64,000 nucleotides of DNA from an uncultured Clostridia bacterium (lineage in GTDB: Bacteria; Bacillota; Clostridia; Christensenellales; UBA1242). Location: assembly GCA_947584415.1 (NCBI GenBank), contig CANPWN010000003.1, forward strand, positions 28,860-92,859, read 5' to 3'. Within the stretch, counting starts at the first letter, position 1, and the number at the start of each line of letters is the position of its first letter. Position numbers and translations under genes: made by a program. Of the stretch, positions 1 through 9,990 are shown piece by piece. Under the pieces are notes generated by a model. The model saw only the letters and a list, made by a program, of their open reading frames with translations. It had not been told where the DNA came from and did no database searches.

Positions 1-1
1 T

Positions 2-1417
2 CCTCTCAAATTTATTGATGGGGCAAGCCATGGTGATTTGCAAAGCAGGATGATAAATGATGTTGACACAATCACTGACGGGTTCATTTTGGGGCTGACA
101 ACTTTCTTTGACGGAATTTCAACCATCGCACTGACAATCGTTTTCATGTTCCGCATCAATGTGCCAATAGCCGCCGCCATTGTCGGCATGACGCCACTGA
201 CAGTTTTGGCAGCAGCATACATTGCAAAAAAGACCAACAAACTTTTCAAACTTCAAGCCAAAGAACTTGGAGATTTGTCAGGCACTATTGTGGAAATGCT
301 TGGCAATCAAAAGGTTGTTAAAGCCTTTGAGTATGAAGATGATTCCATTGAAAAATTTGACCAAAACAATTTGAGATTGAGGGCTGTCAACACAAAAACT
401 TCCTTTTACTCCTCTATCAGCGGCCCACTTACAAGATTTATTAACGGAATATTGTATGCCACAGTGGCAATCATGGGTTGCTTGTTTGCACTTAAGGGTC
501 ACCTATCTGTCGGAAATATCTCCACCATGCTTTCTTACGCAAACAGATATTCAAGACCGTTCAATGACATCACTGATGTGTTTGCTGACTTGCAAGCAGC
601 CTTCGCTTCGGCTGGAAGAGTGTTTGCAATTTTGGATATTCCAAATGAGGTCAGTGATGTGGGGCTGCCTCAGATTAAACGCTGCACAGGAAATGTTGTT
701 TTAAAAAATGTTGAATTCTCTTACACTTCCACCAAAAAACTTATCACAAACTTAAACCTCACCGTGACAAAGGGTCAACGAGTTGCCATTGTCGGCCCAA
801 CAGGGTGTGGAAAAAGCACTTTAATCAACCTGCTAATGCGCTTTTATGATGTGGATAAAGGTCGCATTGATGTCTGCGGGCATAACATAAAGGAAGTGAC
901 GCGTGAAAGTTTGAGAAATCAATTTGGCATGGTGCTGCAAGAAACTTGGCTGTTTAGCGCAAGCATAAGGGATAATATTGCCTACGGAAAACCTGACGCC
1001 ACAGACGAGGAAATCAAACTTGCCGCAAAACACGCCGGTGCAGACTTCTTTATTGAAACAATGCCAAATGGCTATGACACCATCATAAATGAAAATGGCG
1101 ACAATCTTTCACAAGGGCAAAAACAACTTTTGTGTATTGCCCGCCTCATGCTTGTGAAACCTCCAATGCTGATTTTAGACGAAGCCACAAGCAATATTGA
1201 CACAAGAACTGAACTTGCAATTCAGTCAGCCTTCAACAAGATGATGAAAGGCAAAACAAGTTTTGTTGTTGCTCACAGACTTTCAACCATCATATCTTCG
1301 GACATTATTCTTGTCATGAATAAGGGCGACATCATTGAACAAGGCACACACAAAGAACTTATGGCAAAGAAAGGTTTTTATTACAATCTTTACAATTCAC
1401 AATTTAGCAGTTATTAG
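2..1417 (+). CDS. ABC transporter permease/ATP-binding fusion (MdlB/MsbA-like), 5'-truncated by window edge
   Basis: Frame open from position 2. TM helices, then Walker A GPTGCGKS, signature LSQGQKQ, Walker B LILDEATS, H-loop VAHRLST. Confidence 0.93.
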   Translation, partial: PLKFIDGASHGDLQSRMINDVDTITDGFILGLTTFFDGISTIALTIVFMFRINVPIAAAIVGMTPLTVLAAAYIAKKTNKLFKLQAKELGDLSGTIVEMLGNQKVVKAFEYEDDSIEKFDQNNLRLRAVNTKTSFYSSISGPLTRFINGILYATVAIMGCLFALKGHLSVGNISTMLSYANRYSRPFNDITDVFADLQAAFASAGRVFAILDIPNEVSDVGLPQIKRCTGNVVLKNVEFSYTSTKKLITNLNLTVTKGQRVAIVGPTGCGKSTLINLLMRFYDVDKGRIDVCGHNIKEVTRESLRNQFGMVLQETWLFSASIRDNIAYGKPDATDEEIKLAAKHAGADFFIETMPNGYDTIINENGDNLSQGQKQLLCIARLMLVKPPMLILDEATSNIDTRTELAIQSAFNKMMKGKTSFVVAHRLSTIISSDIILVMNKGDIIEQGTHKELMAKKGFYYNLYNSQFSSY

Positions 1418-1452
1418 TGGCTAAAAGGTTCGTCTGGGAATAAATAACTAAG

Positions 1453-2241
1453 ATGAACCTTTTTTTGTCCGCATTAAAATATGTTAAATCAACCATTTGG
1501 AAAGACGAACACTCCTTAGGTCAAATTTTTGATTTGGCAAAAAAGGCTTTTGATTGTGCAAAACAAGACTGCACTTATGGAAAAAGATTTTTTCGGCTGG
1601 CTGGTCAAAGCGGAAGTGGAAAAACCTCGCAACTTTACTATGCAACAAGCAAATATTGCTCACAAAAAAATATTAAGCCTCTGCACCTTGCAGTGCGAAA
1701 TTTTTGCGAATACTATCCAGATTATCAGTCCATCCCCGTTAAACAACGCAGAGAAAAAACAAATGGATTCTGTTTGAAAATGCTTTTATTTGTTTTAAAG
1801 TTTGCACTTGAAAGCGGAATTGATATAATCTTGGAAATAGCACTTTTGGGCAAAAATTTTGAAAAATACATAATTTTTATGTTAAAAAAACAAAATTATC
1901 ACTCCATTTTTCAAATTATGAGTGTAAACAAACTTATTTCTGATATTTTATTGTTTAAAAGAAAACTTAAATCTGGAAGGCAAACACTATCCTCCTCCGC
2001 CAATTATTTTTTTTGCGTTCAAAACAAAAGTTTCAAATATGTTTCAAAAAATTTTGACTGCCCCGCAATTGTTTGGTCGGCTTTCAATTTTGAGCCTGTT
2101 TATTTCGGTTCACTCAAAACTTGCCGCAAAGATTTTTTCAAAAATCAAAAACGAATTGAAAGCATGACAAAAAATGAAGATGAACTCAAAAATGAAAAAT
2201 TCAATTTTCTTATATCTCAATTTCCGGATGGTGCGTTTTGA
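1453..2241 (+). CDS. Zeta-toxin-like P-loop kinase, divergent
   Basis: LAGQSGSGKT Walker A followed by F...YPDY and GIDIILE segments typical of zeta/PezT-like kinases. Confidence 0.6.
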   Translation: MNLFLSALKYVKSTIWKDEHSLGQIFDLAKKAFDCAKQDCTYGKRFFRLAGQSGSGKTSQLYYATSKYCSQKNIKPLHLAVRNFCEYYPDYQSIPVKQRREKTNGFCLKMLLFVLKFALESGIDIILEIALLGKNFEKYIIFMLKKQNYHSIFQIMSVNKLISDILLFKRKLKSGRQTLSSSANYFFCVQNKSFKYVSKNFDCPAIVWSAFNFEPVYFGSLKTCRKDFFKNQKRIESMTKNEDELKNEKFNFLISQFPDGAF

Positions 2242-3001
2242 TGTAAGAGATATATTTTTCGTCAACATATCTCCACATTTGGACAAGTTCAAAAACGCTG
2301 TCTTCAATCTCTCCAAAGAAAGATTTATACGCCCTTATCATTGTGCTTGCAAAGGCCTTTTCACTTCTTCCAATGAGCCTAGCAAAATCATTTAAAGGAT
2401 GAGAAAGGCTGACAAAAGAAAAGTCTATGACGCCCGAAACATGCCCGTTTGAAATTAAAATATTGCCGGTGTTGAAGTCACCATGACTTAAGACCAGTTT
2501 TTCTTTTTCAAGGCGTTTGAGAGGAAGGTGTTTTTTAAGGTCATATTGCCCTGGAACTAAAGAAAGGTCATCCAAAAATTGTGAGCAAGTTGGGAGCGGG
2601 ATTGTGGGTTTTAAGTTTTGAAGTTGCCCAAGAAATTTGCAAATGTCCTCCGCCACATCTTCAGTTTGAGAAGAAGAGAGTTTGCATAAGTTTAAGGGCT
2701 GGCCTTCCAACTTTTCGTGGCATGAAAAAGGCCTTAAATTATCAAAATGCAGTTTTAAATTTGGCAACGAAAAGTCAAACGCATTATGGGCAGCACTACT
2801 CACAAATTCGCACTCTTTGACAATTGTCTTTGAAAAAAAGTCGTTTCGCGGAAAGCGAAAAATTTTTGTTTGATGTGGCAACTTGACTTCAAACACAAAA
2901 TTTGTCCAGCCTGTTGAAATCAAATCTATTTTCTTAACATTTTGCTCAAGTGAATTTATGATATAAAAAAAGTCATCAGAACTATCAAAATAATTTCTCA
3001 T
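2210..3001 (-). CDS. Aminoglycoside phosphotransferase (APH)/choline-kinase-like family protein
   Basis: GWTNFVF, IFRFPR, Brenner motif HGDFNTGN, and GVIDF metal-binding motif. Confidence 0.85.
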   Translation of the reverse strand: MRNYFDSSDDFFYIINSLEQNVKKIDLISTGWTNFVFEVKLPHQTKIFRFPRNDFFSKTIVKECEFVSSAAHNAFDFSLPNLKLHFDNLRPFSCHEKLEGQPLNLCKLSSSQTEDVAEDICKFLGQLQNLKPTIPLPTCSQFLDDLSLVPGQYDLKKHLPLKRLEKEKLVLSHGDFNTGNILISNGHVSGVIDFSFVSLSHPLNDFARLIGRSEKAFASTMIRAYKSFFGEIEDSVFELVQMWRYVDEKYISYIKTHHPEIEI

Positions 3002-3036
3002 GACTTTTTATATGTTTTTAATCAAAAAGATGTTTA

Positions 3037-3417
3037 TTATTTTGTGTAAGCATCTTTATAATCAGATGATGGGCCAAGAACTTCACAATCAAGAACAAAG
3101 TCAAATTCTCCATCTGCTTCTGGGATGTCAACCGCTTCAACATCAAAAACTGGAGCGCTCTTTCTGTCAAGGCTTGCCTGTCTGCGTGTTCTTCTTGCGT
3201 TAAGCCTGATTTCCTTAAGTTTTGCGGCTTCCATCTTTTCAATTTCTTCATCAGTTAAGTTTGTTGTGCTAAGTCTGTTCGCTGTGGTTTTGTCAACATA
3301 TCCTGTTCTTCCATTATTTTTCTTTCCATACGCTGCTGATTTTGGTGGGATACCCCTTCTGATTTGGCGTGGTGTAAGTCTTCCTGTTGCTACTTCTTCT
3401 TCATAATTATTGTTCAT
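3037..3417 (-). CDS. Hypothetical protein, 126 aa (basic N-terminal/central part, acidic C-terminus)
   Basis: AAGGAG RBS before ATG. TTGATT..TACAAT promoter-like elements upstream. Confidence 0.7.
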   Translation of the reverse strand: MNNNYEEEVATGRLTPRQIRRGIPPKSAAYGKKNNGRTGYVDKTTANRLSTTNLTDEEIEKMEAAKLKEIRLNARRTRRQASLDRKSAPVFDVEAVDIPEADGEFDFVLDCEVLGPSSDYKDAYTK

Positions 3418-3502
3418 GTTTATCTCCTTTCAATGTGATGGTTTATTGTAGCACATATTGTTCGACAAATCAAGACTAAAATGCAAATTTTTCAAAAAAT
3501 TT

Positions 3503-5263
3503 TTATTCAACTGTCACTGATTTAGCGAGGTTTCGCGGCATGTCAGGATTTAGGCCTTTTATCATGCAAACTTTGTAACTTAAAAGTTGCAAAGGGATGG
3601 CGGCCATCACTCCTCTCAATAGTTTTGGGACTTTTGGAAGGGTCATGCACATTTCAAAATCTTTGAGTTCATACGCCTGCGGCAAAAGTGAAGAAATGAC
3701 AAAAAGTTTCCCACCCCTGCTCTTTGCCTCCAAGGCACTGTTCATTGTTTTTTCATAAAGTTTTTCATCCGTTGCAACCACAATGATTGGCGTGCCTTCA
3801 TCTACCAGCGCAAGCACGCCGTGTTTTAATTCCCCCGCTGGAAAAGAGTTGCAATTTATGTAAGATATCTCCTTCAGTTTAAGTGCTCCTTCAAGTGCTG
3901 TGATGTAATCAATCCCTTTGCCTATAAAGAAAACTTTGTCATGCTTTGCAATCTCTTCAGCAAACGGAGAAATGTTAATAAAAAATTTTTGAATTTGCTC
4001 TGACAACTTTCTCACATCTCGAAGTGCCTGATAAAAATGCTTTTCGCTTTTTAAGGCCATTGTTAAAAGATAAAGCACCACAACTTGTGAACAATACGCC
4101 TTTGTTGACGCAACACAAATTTCAGGCCCAGCACATGTTGAAAAATGCATGTCGCCCATCTGTGAAAGAGTGCTGTGTGGAACATTGGTGATGACAAGTG
4201 TTTTAGCCTTTTTTTTGGATATCTTTTCTAGCGCTGCAATAGTGTCCGCCGTTTCGCCACTTTGACTGACAAACACACAAAGTGAGTGTGAACCTATGAT
4301 TTGCTTGCCATATCTAAACTCGCTTGCCTGCACGGCCTCTGCGTCAATATTTAAGATGCGTTTGAAAAATTCTGCGCCCATTAAACATGCATGATATGCT
4401 GTTCCGCAGCCAACAAGTTTAACGGATGAAAATTTAAGTTTCTTTAATGCCGTCAAATCAAGTTTTTCATAAACGTCACACACTCTGTCCAAAACATCTG
4501 GCGTTTCATAAATCTCTTTGAGCATGAAGTGTTCAAAATTGTTTAAATCTGCGCTCGAGTTAATATTTTGATATTTTTGAAGTGTTTTTTTGATTTTTTC
4601 GCCCTTAAAATTGAAAAATTCCAGTTTTCCTTTACTCATTTTGCAAATTTCGTCATCTTCAAATTTGTAATAGTCACCCTTTGGAAAACAAATTGGGTCG
4701 CTTGCAAACATGGACATTTTGCCATCACAAAAAGCATAAAGTGGGCTTTTGTGTTTTGCCGCATAAACGTGATTGTCCGATTTGTTAATTGCACAAAAAG
4801 CATAACTGCCCTTAAGTTGTTTGCATGTCCAAAGCACACTTCTTAAGTTATCTTCAAAATCATTGGCTGAAAGCAAAGATGAAATTACTTCGGTGTCAGT
4901 GTCCGTGAAAAAGCACTCTCCCTCACTTGTGCGTTCGTCAACAATTTCTTTGTAATTTTCAATTATGCCATTATGCACGACCGCCCAATTTTTGTCGCTG
5001 CTCAAAATTGGATGGGCATTTTTTTCACAAACCTGGCCATGCGTTGCCCAACGCGTGTGCCCAATTGCAATCTCCCCGTCATAGCCGTTTAGTTCTGTCT
5101 CCAACTTGGCAACACTTCCTTTGACCTTTATTGTCACAAGTTTTAAATCACTTTTAAAACACACACCCGCCGAATCATAGCCCCTGTATTGAATTTTTTT
5201 AAGACCACCAATTATGGTCTTTTTAACAGGCTGACTGTCAATGACGGCAACAATTCCACACAT
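3503..5263 (-). CDS. glmS: Glutamine--fructose-6-phosphate transaminase
   Basis: Starts MCGIV (ATG 5263, GGAGG RBS). YRGYDSAG, GHTRWATHG, SQSGETADT, C-terminal PRNLAKSVTVE. Confidence 0.97.
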   Translation of the reverse strand: MCGIVAVIDSQPVKKTIIGGLKKIQYRGYDSAGVCFKSDLKLVTIKVKGSVAKLETELNGYDGEIAIGHTRWATHGQVCEKNAHPILSSDKNWAVVHNGIIENYKEIVDERTSEGECFFTDTDTEVISSLLSANDFEDNLRSVLWTCKQLKGSYAFCAINKSDNHVYAAKHKSPLYAFCDGKMSMFASDPICFPKGDYYKFEDDEICKMSKGKLEFFNFKGEKIKKTLQKYQNINSSADLNNFEHFMLKEIYETPDVLDRVCDVYEKLDLTALKKLKFSSVKLVGCGTAYHACLMGAEFFKRILNIDAEAVQASEFRYGKQIIGSHSLCVFVSQSGETADTIAALEKISKKKAKTLVITNVPHSTLSQMGDMHFSTCAGPEICVASTKAYCSQVVVLYLLTMALKSEKHFYQALRDVRKLSEQIQKFFINISPFAEEIAKHDKVFFIGKGIDYITALEGALKLKEISYINCNSFPAGELKHGVLALVDEGTPIIVVATDEKLYEKTMNSALEAKSRGGKLFVISSLLPQAYELKDFEMCMTLPKVPKLLRGVMAAIPLQLLSYKVCMIKGLNPDMPRNLAKSVTVE

Positions 5264-5352
5264 GCTTTCCTCCACTAAAGCATATTATGTAAATTTGGCT
5301 TCAATAGTGAATTTTGTTTTGTAAAAATAAATTGTTTTGTTATAATAATTTT

Positions 5353-5961
5353 ATGAAACACTTAAAAATTAAATTTATTAAGTCCATAGGTGAAGTCAGA
5401 GAGTGCTTCTCTTTTTTCAAAAGAATTATGTTTGACATAAGCCAAGACAGCCTTGGAGTTTTCACATCTTTTCATGAAACCTATCAAATCATGCTTGACA
5501 ATTTGAATAGAAAAGAAAAACTCCAGTTTGTCGCAGAACTTGATGACGAAATTGTCGGCTGCATAATTGGTGCAAAAGAGGACACTTCAACTTTGTTTTT
5601 GCCTGTTATTGCGGTTGACGGCAGACACAGAAAACTTGGCATTGCTAGGCAACTTTTGGACACACTGATAAAACCACTTAAAAAATCAAAATATAAAACA
5701 ATCAAAGTCATCTCTTCGGAAGAGTTTGCAGGGTTCTTTTCCAAACTTAACTTCTCGCCATATTTGTATGTTGAACCACTTGAAGCAGTGACAACGGAGC
5801 AGATTAAAAGTCTTGGCGCAACTTTGCAGCAAGTTGAAGAAGGCTCAAATTATGTCAAGTTCGCTTTGCCAGAATTTAAGGAAGATTATGCCAAACCTTT
5901 CAAAAAAAGGCTTAGGCTTGTGAACACTTACTTGACTTTTGAAAAAAATATAGTTGAATAA
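5353..5961 (+). CDS. GNAT-family N-acetyltransferase
   Basis: Acetyl-CoA motif IAVDGRHRKLGIARQLL and FFSKLNF. Start placed at ATG 5353, 6 nt after TGnTATAAT. Confidence 0.75.
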   Translation: MKHLKIKFIKSIGEVRECFSFFKRIMFDISQDSLGVFTSFHETYQIMLDNLNRKEKLQFVAELDDEIVGCIIGAKEDTSTLFLPVIAVDGRHRKLGIARQLLDTLIKPLKKSKYKTIKVISSEEFAGFFSKLNFSPYLYVEPLEAVTTEQIKSLGATLQQVEEGSNYVKFALPEFKEDYAKPFKKRLRLVNTYLTFEKNIVE

Positions 5962-5999
5962 AAGTTTGCCTTAAGCACACTCTATGTGTGAGGCAAATT

Positions 6000-6740
6000 A
6001 TGGATATCAAAAAAACAATCAATTCAATGGATGAATATTCCATCCAAAAACAGACCAAAGGAAGATGGTTTGAACTTGTGCTTGCAAACACGCTTGCAAT
6101 TGTTTTTGTTATGCTCGGCTTCAATTTTCCATTTTTGAGCTTGACTTTGGCGTTTATTGTCATGGCATATTTGCAAATTGGAGTGTATGGATTTGCTCTT
6201 AAAACATATCAGGCAAAAAACCCAAAATTTGAGGAGATATTTTTTCCGTTCAAACACTTTTTGAAAGTCATCACTTTGAAAATTGTTGTCATGGCAGGCA
6301 TGGCAATTTGGGCGCTTGCACTCATTGTGCCGGGAATTATCTTTGGGCTAAACTACGCCTTTGCAGGCTTTGTGCTGTTTGAAAATCCTGAAATGGAGAT
6401 AAAGCAAGTTTTAAGCATCTCAAAAAAACTGACTTATGGCAAAAGAATTGAAATTTTGCTTATGACCCTCTCGCTCATAACCCTCATCTGTGCTGCGGCA
6501 TCACTTGGCGTGGGAATTCACTTTTTACTCATGCTTGCGTTCAAAGTTCCAGTTTGGCTGACAATCATGCTCATCTTAATCCCTGCCGCCCTTGTTGGCC
6601 TTCTCATCTGTCTTCCGCTTTTCGAGTTTTTCCTTGCTGGCTCTTATGAAAATTCAAAAGAATTGAACGAAAAATCACCTATTCCTTCAAAAAAATCAAC
6701 TTCTTCTGCACGCAAGCCCAAAAAAGTTTTAAAATCATAG
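6000..6740 (+). CDS. DUF975-like integral membrane protein
   Basis: Several TM helices. LIVPGIIFGLNY...F...ENPE...L..SKKLTYGK pattern. Confidence 0.7.
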   Translation: MDIKKTINSMDEYSIQKQTKGRWFELVLANTLAIVFVMLGFNFPFLSLTLAFIVMAYLQIGVYGFALKTYQAKNPKFEEIFFPFKHFLKVITLKIVVMAGMAIWALALIVPGIIFGLNYAFAGFVLFENPEMEIKQVLSISKKLTYGKRIEILLMTLSLITLICAAASLGVGIHFLLMLAFKVPVWLTIMLILIPAALVGLLICLPLFEFFLAGSYENSKELNEKSPIPSKKSTSSARKPKKVLKS

Positions 6741-6783
6741 CGTTTTGTGATATAATCTCCTTAAAGAACGGGAGTAAAAAAAT

Positions 6784-7344
6784 ATGGAAAGAGAAAATTT
6801 TGTCACAAAAAGTGATGCTTTCAAAGGTTTCACGGAACTTAGAACTGTGATTAATGACTGCATAAATAATCCTGAGCAATATACAAAGTCATTTTTGGAT
6901 ATGTTCACCGAAGTTGGCACTCTGGCAATGTCTGGAAATTGCATAGCACAAGATGTGATGAGTTATTATTATAAAAATGGCGTTGAGGGACAACTGCCAG
7001 AAAACTATGACCATTACATGTGTTGGGCAATTCTTGCGGGGGCAAACGGAAATGAATTTGCCATTGAAAAACTGCAATTTTTCTTAAACTTTGCATTTGA
7101 AGAGATTGTTGAAAATGAGCAGTTGCCAGACATTTTGGACAGAAACGACATTGATGAAGAAAACTATGTTTTTATCCTTGGAAATTTGCTTTGCGAAGGC
7201 ATTGTGGATGAACTTGGCATAAACGCAAAAGACCTTGTTGAAGCACAATTCAAAGAATCAAAATACACACCTGAAAAATTGAGAAAATATCGCAAAGCGC
7301 TGGACACTGCCCTTCCAAAAGTTGTAAATTACTTGCTGGCATAA
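6784..7344 (+). CDS. Hypothetical acidic protein with one SEL1-like repeat
   Basis: GNCIAQDVMSYYYKNG...NYDHYMCWAILAGANGNEFA resembles SEL1. GGGAG RBS and upstream TATAAT. Confidence 0.6.
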   Translation: MERENFVTKSDAFKGFTELRTVINDCINNPEQYTKSFLDMFTEVGTLAMSGNCIAQDVMSYYYKNGVEGQLPENYDHYMCWAILAGANGNEFAIEKLQFFLNFAFEEIVENEQLPDILDRNDIDEENYVFILGNLLCEGIVDELGINAKDLVEAQFKESKYTPEKLRKYRKALDTALPKVVNYLLA

Positions 7345-7345
7345 C

Positions 7346-7370
7346 AAAAACGGCTTTAAAGCCGTTTTTT
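7346..7370. terminator. Bidirectional intrinsic terminator
   Basis: AAAAACGGCTT-T-AAAGCCGTTTTT between convergent genes. Confidence 0.8.
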
Positions 7371-7840
7371 TATTTTAGTGTCACGCTTATCACCTCGCCG
7401 ACATCATAAAGGTCGCTGCTCATCCTCATCCTTTGAAAGCAAAGACTGACAAGTCTTTCATATTCTTCAGATTTTTGAGCGAGGAGAAACAATTTCATGA
7501 CCAACCTATTTTCAAGGCTTATTGCATTGATGAAGGCTTTGGTCTTATTTGGACTCAGCCTAAAACCGCGATTTTGCTTGTAGGAGAACATTTTGCGCAT
7601 GGTTTCAATCTGCTCTTCATTGAGGGCATAAAACTTGTCTGAGCCCATAAATGTGCCAAGGCTGCGGTAAGTTGAACGCAACTTGAACATCAAATCAAAA
7701 GTCTCATCAACAAGATTGCTTACTCCTTCTTCGTCCAAACGCACAAAAATAAAACCCTTTTCCTTTAACGCGTTTGAATATGCTTTGGCAAGTTGCTCAT
7801 ATTCATTTGGCGAAAGAAAAGCAAAATCTTCATATTCCAT
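7370..7840 (-). CDS. Hypothetical helical protein (~156 aa)
   Basis: ORF with GAGGTG RBS before ATG 7840 (MEYEDF). Confidence 0.65.
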   Translation of the reverse strand: MEYEDFAFLSPNEYEQLAKAYSNALKEKGFIFVRLDEEGVSNLVDETFDLMFKLRSTYRSLGTFMGSDKFYALNEEQIETMRKMFSYKQNRGFRLSPNKTKAFINAISLENRLVMKLFLLAQKSEEYERLVSLCFQRMRMSSDLYDVGEVISVTLK

Positions 7841-7883
7841 TTCACACCTCTGCCTTTGATATGATTCGGCACAAAAAAGTGTT

Positions 7884-7910
7884 AAAAAAAGCACCTTCAA
7901 AAAGGTGCTT
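7884..7910 (-). terminator. Intrinsic terminator of the VirD4-like gene
   Basis: AAGCACCTT/AAGGTGCTT stem followed by a T-tract on the minus strand. Confidence 0.75.
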
Positions 7911-7914
7911 AATT

Positions 7915-9909
7915 TTAATATTGCCTGTTTGCTATAATTTGATTTCGCTTTTCAATATCATAGAACACCTGCTCTTCATTGAGCGACCTGATGGTTTTTG
8001 ACGCAGTCAGTGGTGGATATAAAACAATTTGTGGAGTCTTGTAATATGGTGTAAGTTCGCATTTTATAGGCCTATAGCGGAAGATTTTTACAATTGCAGT
8101 TCCTGTTGGCAGAGTTGAAAGTTCAAACGGGTCGACAAGCGGACGAACAGAACGCTGAACATTTGTTGACCTGCTTGTTGAAGATGAATCCTTGCCTTCG
8201 TTTTTTGTGACCTGTTCTTCTTCAGTTGTAAGTTGAATATCTCCGCAACTCTTTGAAAAAGCCTCTCTTGTTGCGGCATCCTCGGAGCCGAGGAAGATTT
8301 GGATGTTAAAGTTACCTTTTAATGTTTCCGCAACCTCTTTGCCATATTTTGTGTCAAGTTGTGTGAAGGACTGCACAACAATGTTGAACAAAATGTTTCT
8401 TGAACGCGCAACCGTAATCATTGTGCCAAAGTCTTGGATAACCGGTAAGTTACCGAATTCATCCATGATGAAGTAAACATGCCTAGGAAGTTGCATGCGA
8501 GGATACTTGTTTGCAATATCAACCAAAGTTCTGTAAAGTTGAGCAACGCAAATTGTGGCAAGTGGATGACGCTCTTTCTTGTGGTCAGGCACTTTGATGA
8601 AGAAGGCTGTCGGTTTGTCAATAAAATTATTAAAATCTATTTCAGTTCCGCTGGTCGCATAGCAGATACCCATGTCTTCCATGAGTTGTGAAACTTTACT
8701 TGCAAGCACACTCAAATATGACTTTGTGGTTGTAGGTGCCGAGTTGATGATTGGAGAAGTCATAAGTGGCACATTTGAGGTCTTGGCTCTGCCTGAGCAA
8801 TATCTTCTTATGGAATTAAACGGGTTGTCTGGGTCAGGGTCACGCTTGTTGGAAATCTTGTAAAGGTTATAAAAGTTGAATTGGTCCTTGCGAAGTTTGT
8901 TGTCGCCAAGCCTTGGGTCAATGGAGTCCTCAAGCATGGCAAGCATGATGCCATATAAAAAGTCTTGTGCACCCTGCTCCCACATTGTGTCATTTGTGCC
9001 GGCTGAAACTGGACAAATTGACGCTGCAACGCCACGCAAATCAAAGGACGCCTCGTTGATAAGTTGCTGCCTCTTTGATGCGAGTTGTTTGTTCAAACTC
9101 TCTTCATCTGGAAATGCTATGTCCTCAAATTCATACCAAACATCACCATAAACAACGCCTTCCAAAGGCTCTTTGCCTGCCTGTTGTGGAGTGCAGCCAG
9201 AATATTTTTTTGCCTCTTTGTAAATGTTTATTGCCCTGTGATAGATGTTGAACGCCCTTTCCATAGGATTCCATCTTGAAGATGCATAAGGGTTGTTAAG
9301 GTCATAAACTTTAACATCATATCCCTCTTCCAAAAGCGCCCTTGCGTGCTTTTCATAAAGTTCGCCCTTAGGGTCAGTGATGACAAGCGACGGTTTTTCC
9401 TGTGTGTGCGCATAAACACGGATTGCTGGGTCAATAAGCATAGTTGTTTTACCTGTGCCAGTTGTTCCTATGATAAGCGAGTGCATTTCATCCTTCATTG
9501 TTGTTTCATAGCGCGGGCCGTTTTTAATTCCCATGATAAACGAGCCTGTCTTTTTAAGTGACGGCAGTGATGACCAAGTTTGATTTATCAAAAATTTGTC
9601 GTTCAAAACTTCATCTCTCGCCATAAAGCCTGAGTCATAGTGAAGTTCGAACTCCTTTCCTGCGGCTGTTTTGCCTTTGACAGTTTTTGGACCTTTGCCT
9701 TTTTTGAAAAATTTGATGTAAAGTGTTATTGCAAAACCAAGCGCAACTCCCGCAACAAGCATGCCAAGAGAAAGAGAAGATTTCATCATGTCAATGTTAA
9801 AATCCCCTTCGGTTTGCAAATATGTGATTCCCACGCCTATTCCAAAACATATTGCAGAACACACCACCACCCAAAAAACGAGCAGCAAGAAAAAATTCAT
9901 TTTTTTCAT
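7915..9909 (-). CDS. Type IV secretion coupling protein, VirD4/TraG family
   Basis: Two N-terminal TM helices, H-S-L-I-I-G-T-T-G-T-G-K-T Walker A, ITDPKGEL, RWNP, Walker B FIMDEFGNL, ARSR and QS..QL..KYG motifs. Confidence 0.92.
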   Translation of the reverse strand: MKKMNFFLLLVFWVVVCSAICFGIGVGITYLQTEGDFNIDMMKSSLSLGMLVAGVALGFAITLYIKFFKKGKGPKTVKGKTAAGKEFELHYDSGFMARDEVLNDKFLINQTWSSLPSLKKTGSFIMGIKNGPRYETTMKDEMHSLIIGTTGTGKTTMLIDPAIRVYAHTQEKPSLVITDPKGELYEKHARALLEEGYDVKVYDLNNPYASSRWNPMERAFNIYHRAINIYKEAKKYSGCTPQQAGKEPLEGVVYGDVWYEFEDIAFPDEESLNKQLASKRQQLINEASFDLRGVAASICPVSAGTNDTMWEQGAQDFLYGIMLAMLEDSIDPRLGDNKLRKDQFNFYNLYKISNKRDPDPDNPFNSIRRYCSGRAKTSNVPLMTSPIINSAPTTTKSYLSVLASKVSQLMEDMGICYATSGTEIDFNNFIDKPTAFFIKVPDHKKERHPLATICVAQLYRTLVDIANKYPRMQLPRHVYFIMDEFGNLPVIQDFGTMITVARSRNILFNIVVQSFTQLDTKYGKEVAETLKGNFNIQIFLGSEDAATREAFSKSCGDIQLTTEEEQVTKNEGKDSSSTSRSTNVQRSVRPLVDPFELSTLPTGTAIVKIFRYRPIKCELTPYYKTPQIVLYPPLTASKTIRSLNEEQVFYDIEKRNQIIANRQY

Positions 9910-9990
9910 GTTTCCTCCAGTAAGTTCAATTTAGCATACCACATTTTTGGTGAAAATAAAAGCAACTTGCCTTTGTTTTCACATTTTTCT

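Noticed and set aside
2210-3001. Bona fide aminoglycoside-resistance gene
   Set aside because: Only generic APH/choline-kinase motifs are visible. There is no resemblance to a named aph allele and no mobile context.
5264-5352. glmS ribozyme upstream of glmS
   Set aside because: The intergenic gap is only ~90 bp, AT-rich and shared with a divergent promoter. No ribozyme core is recognisable.
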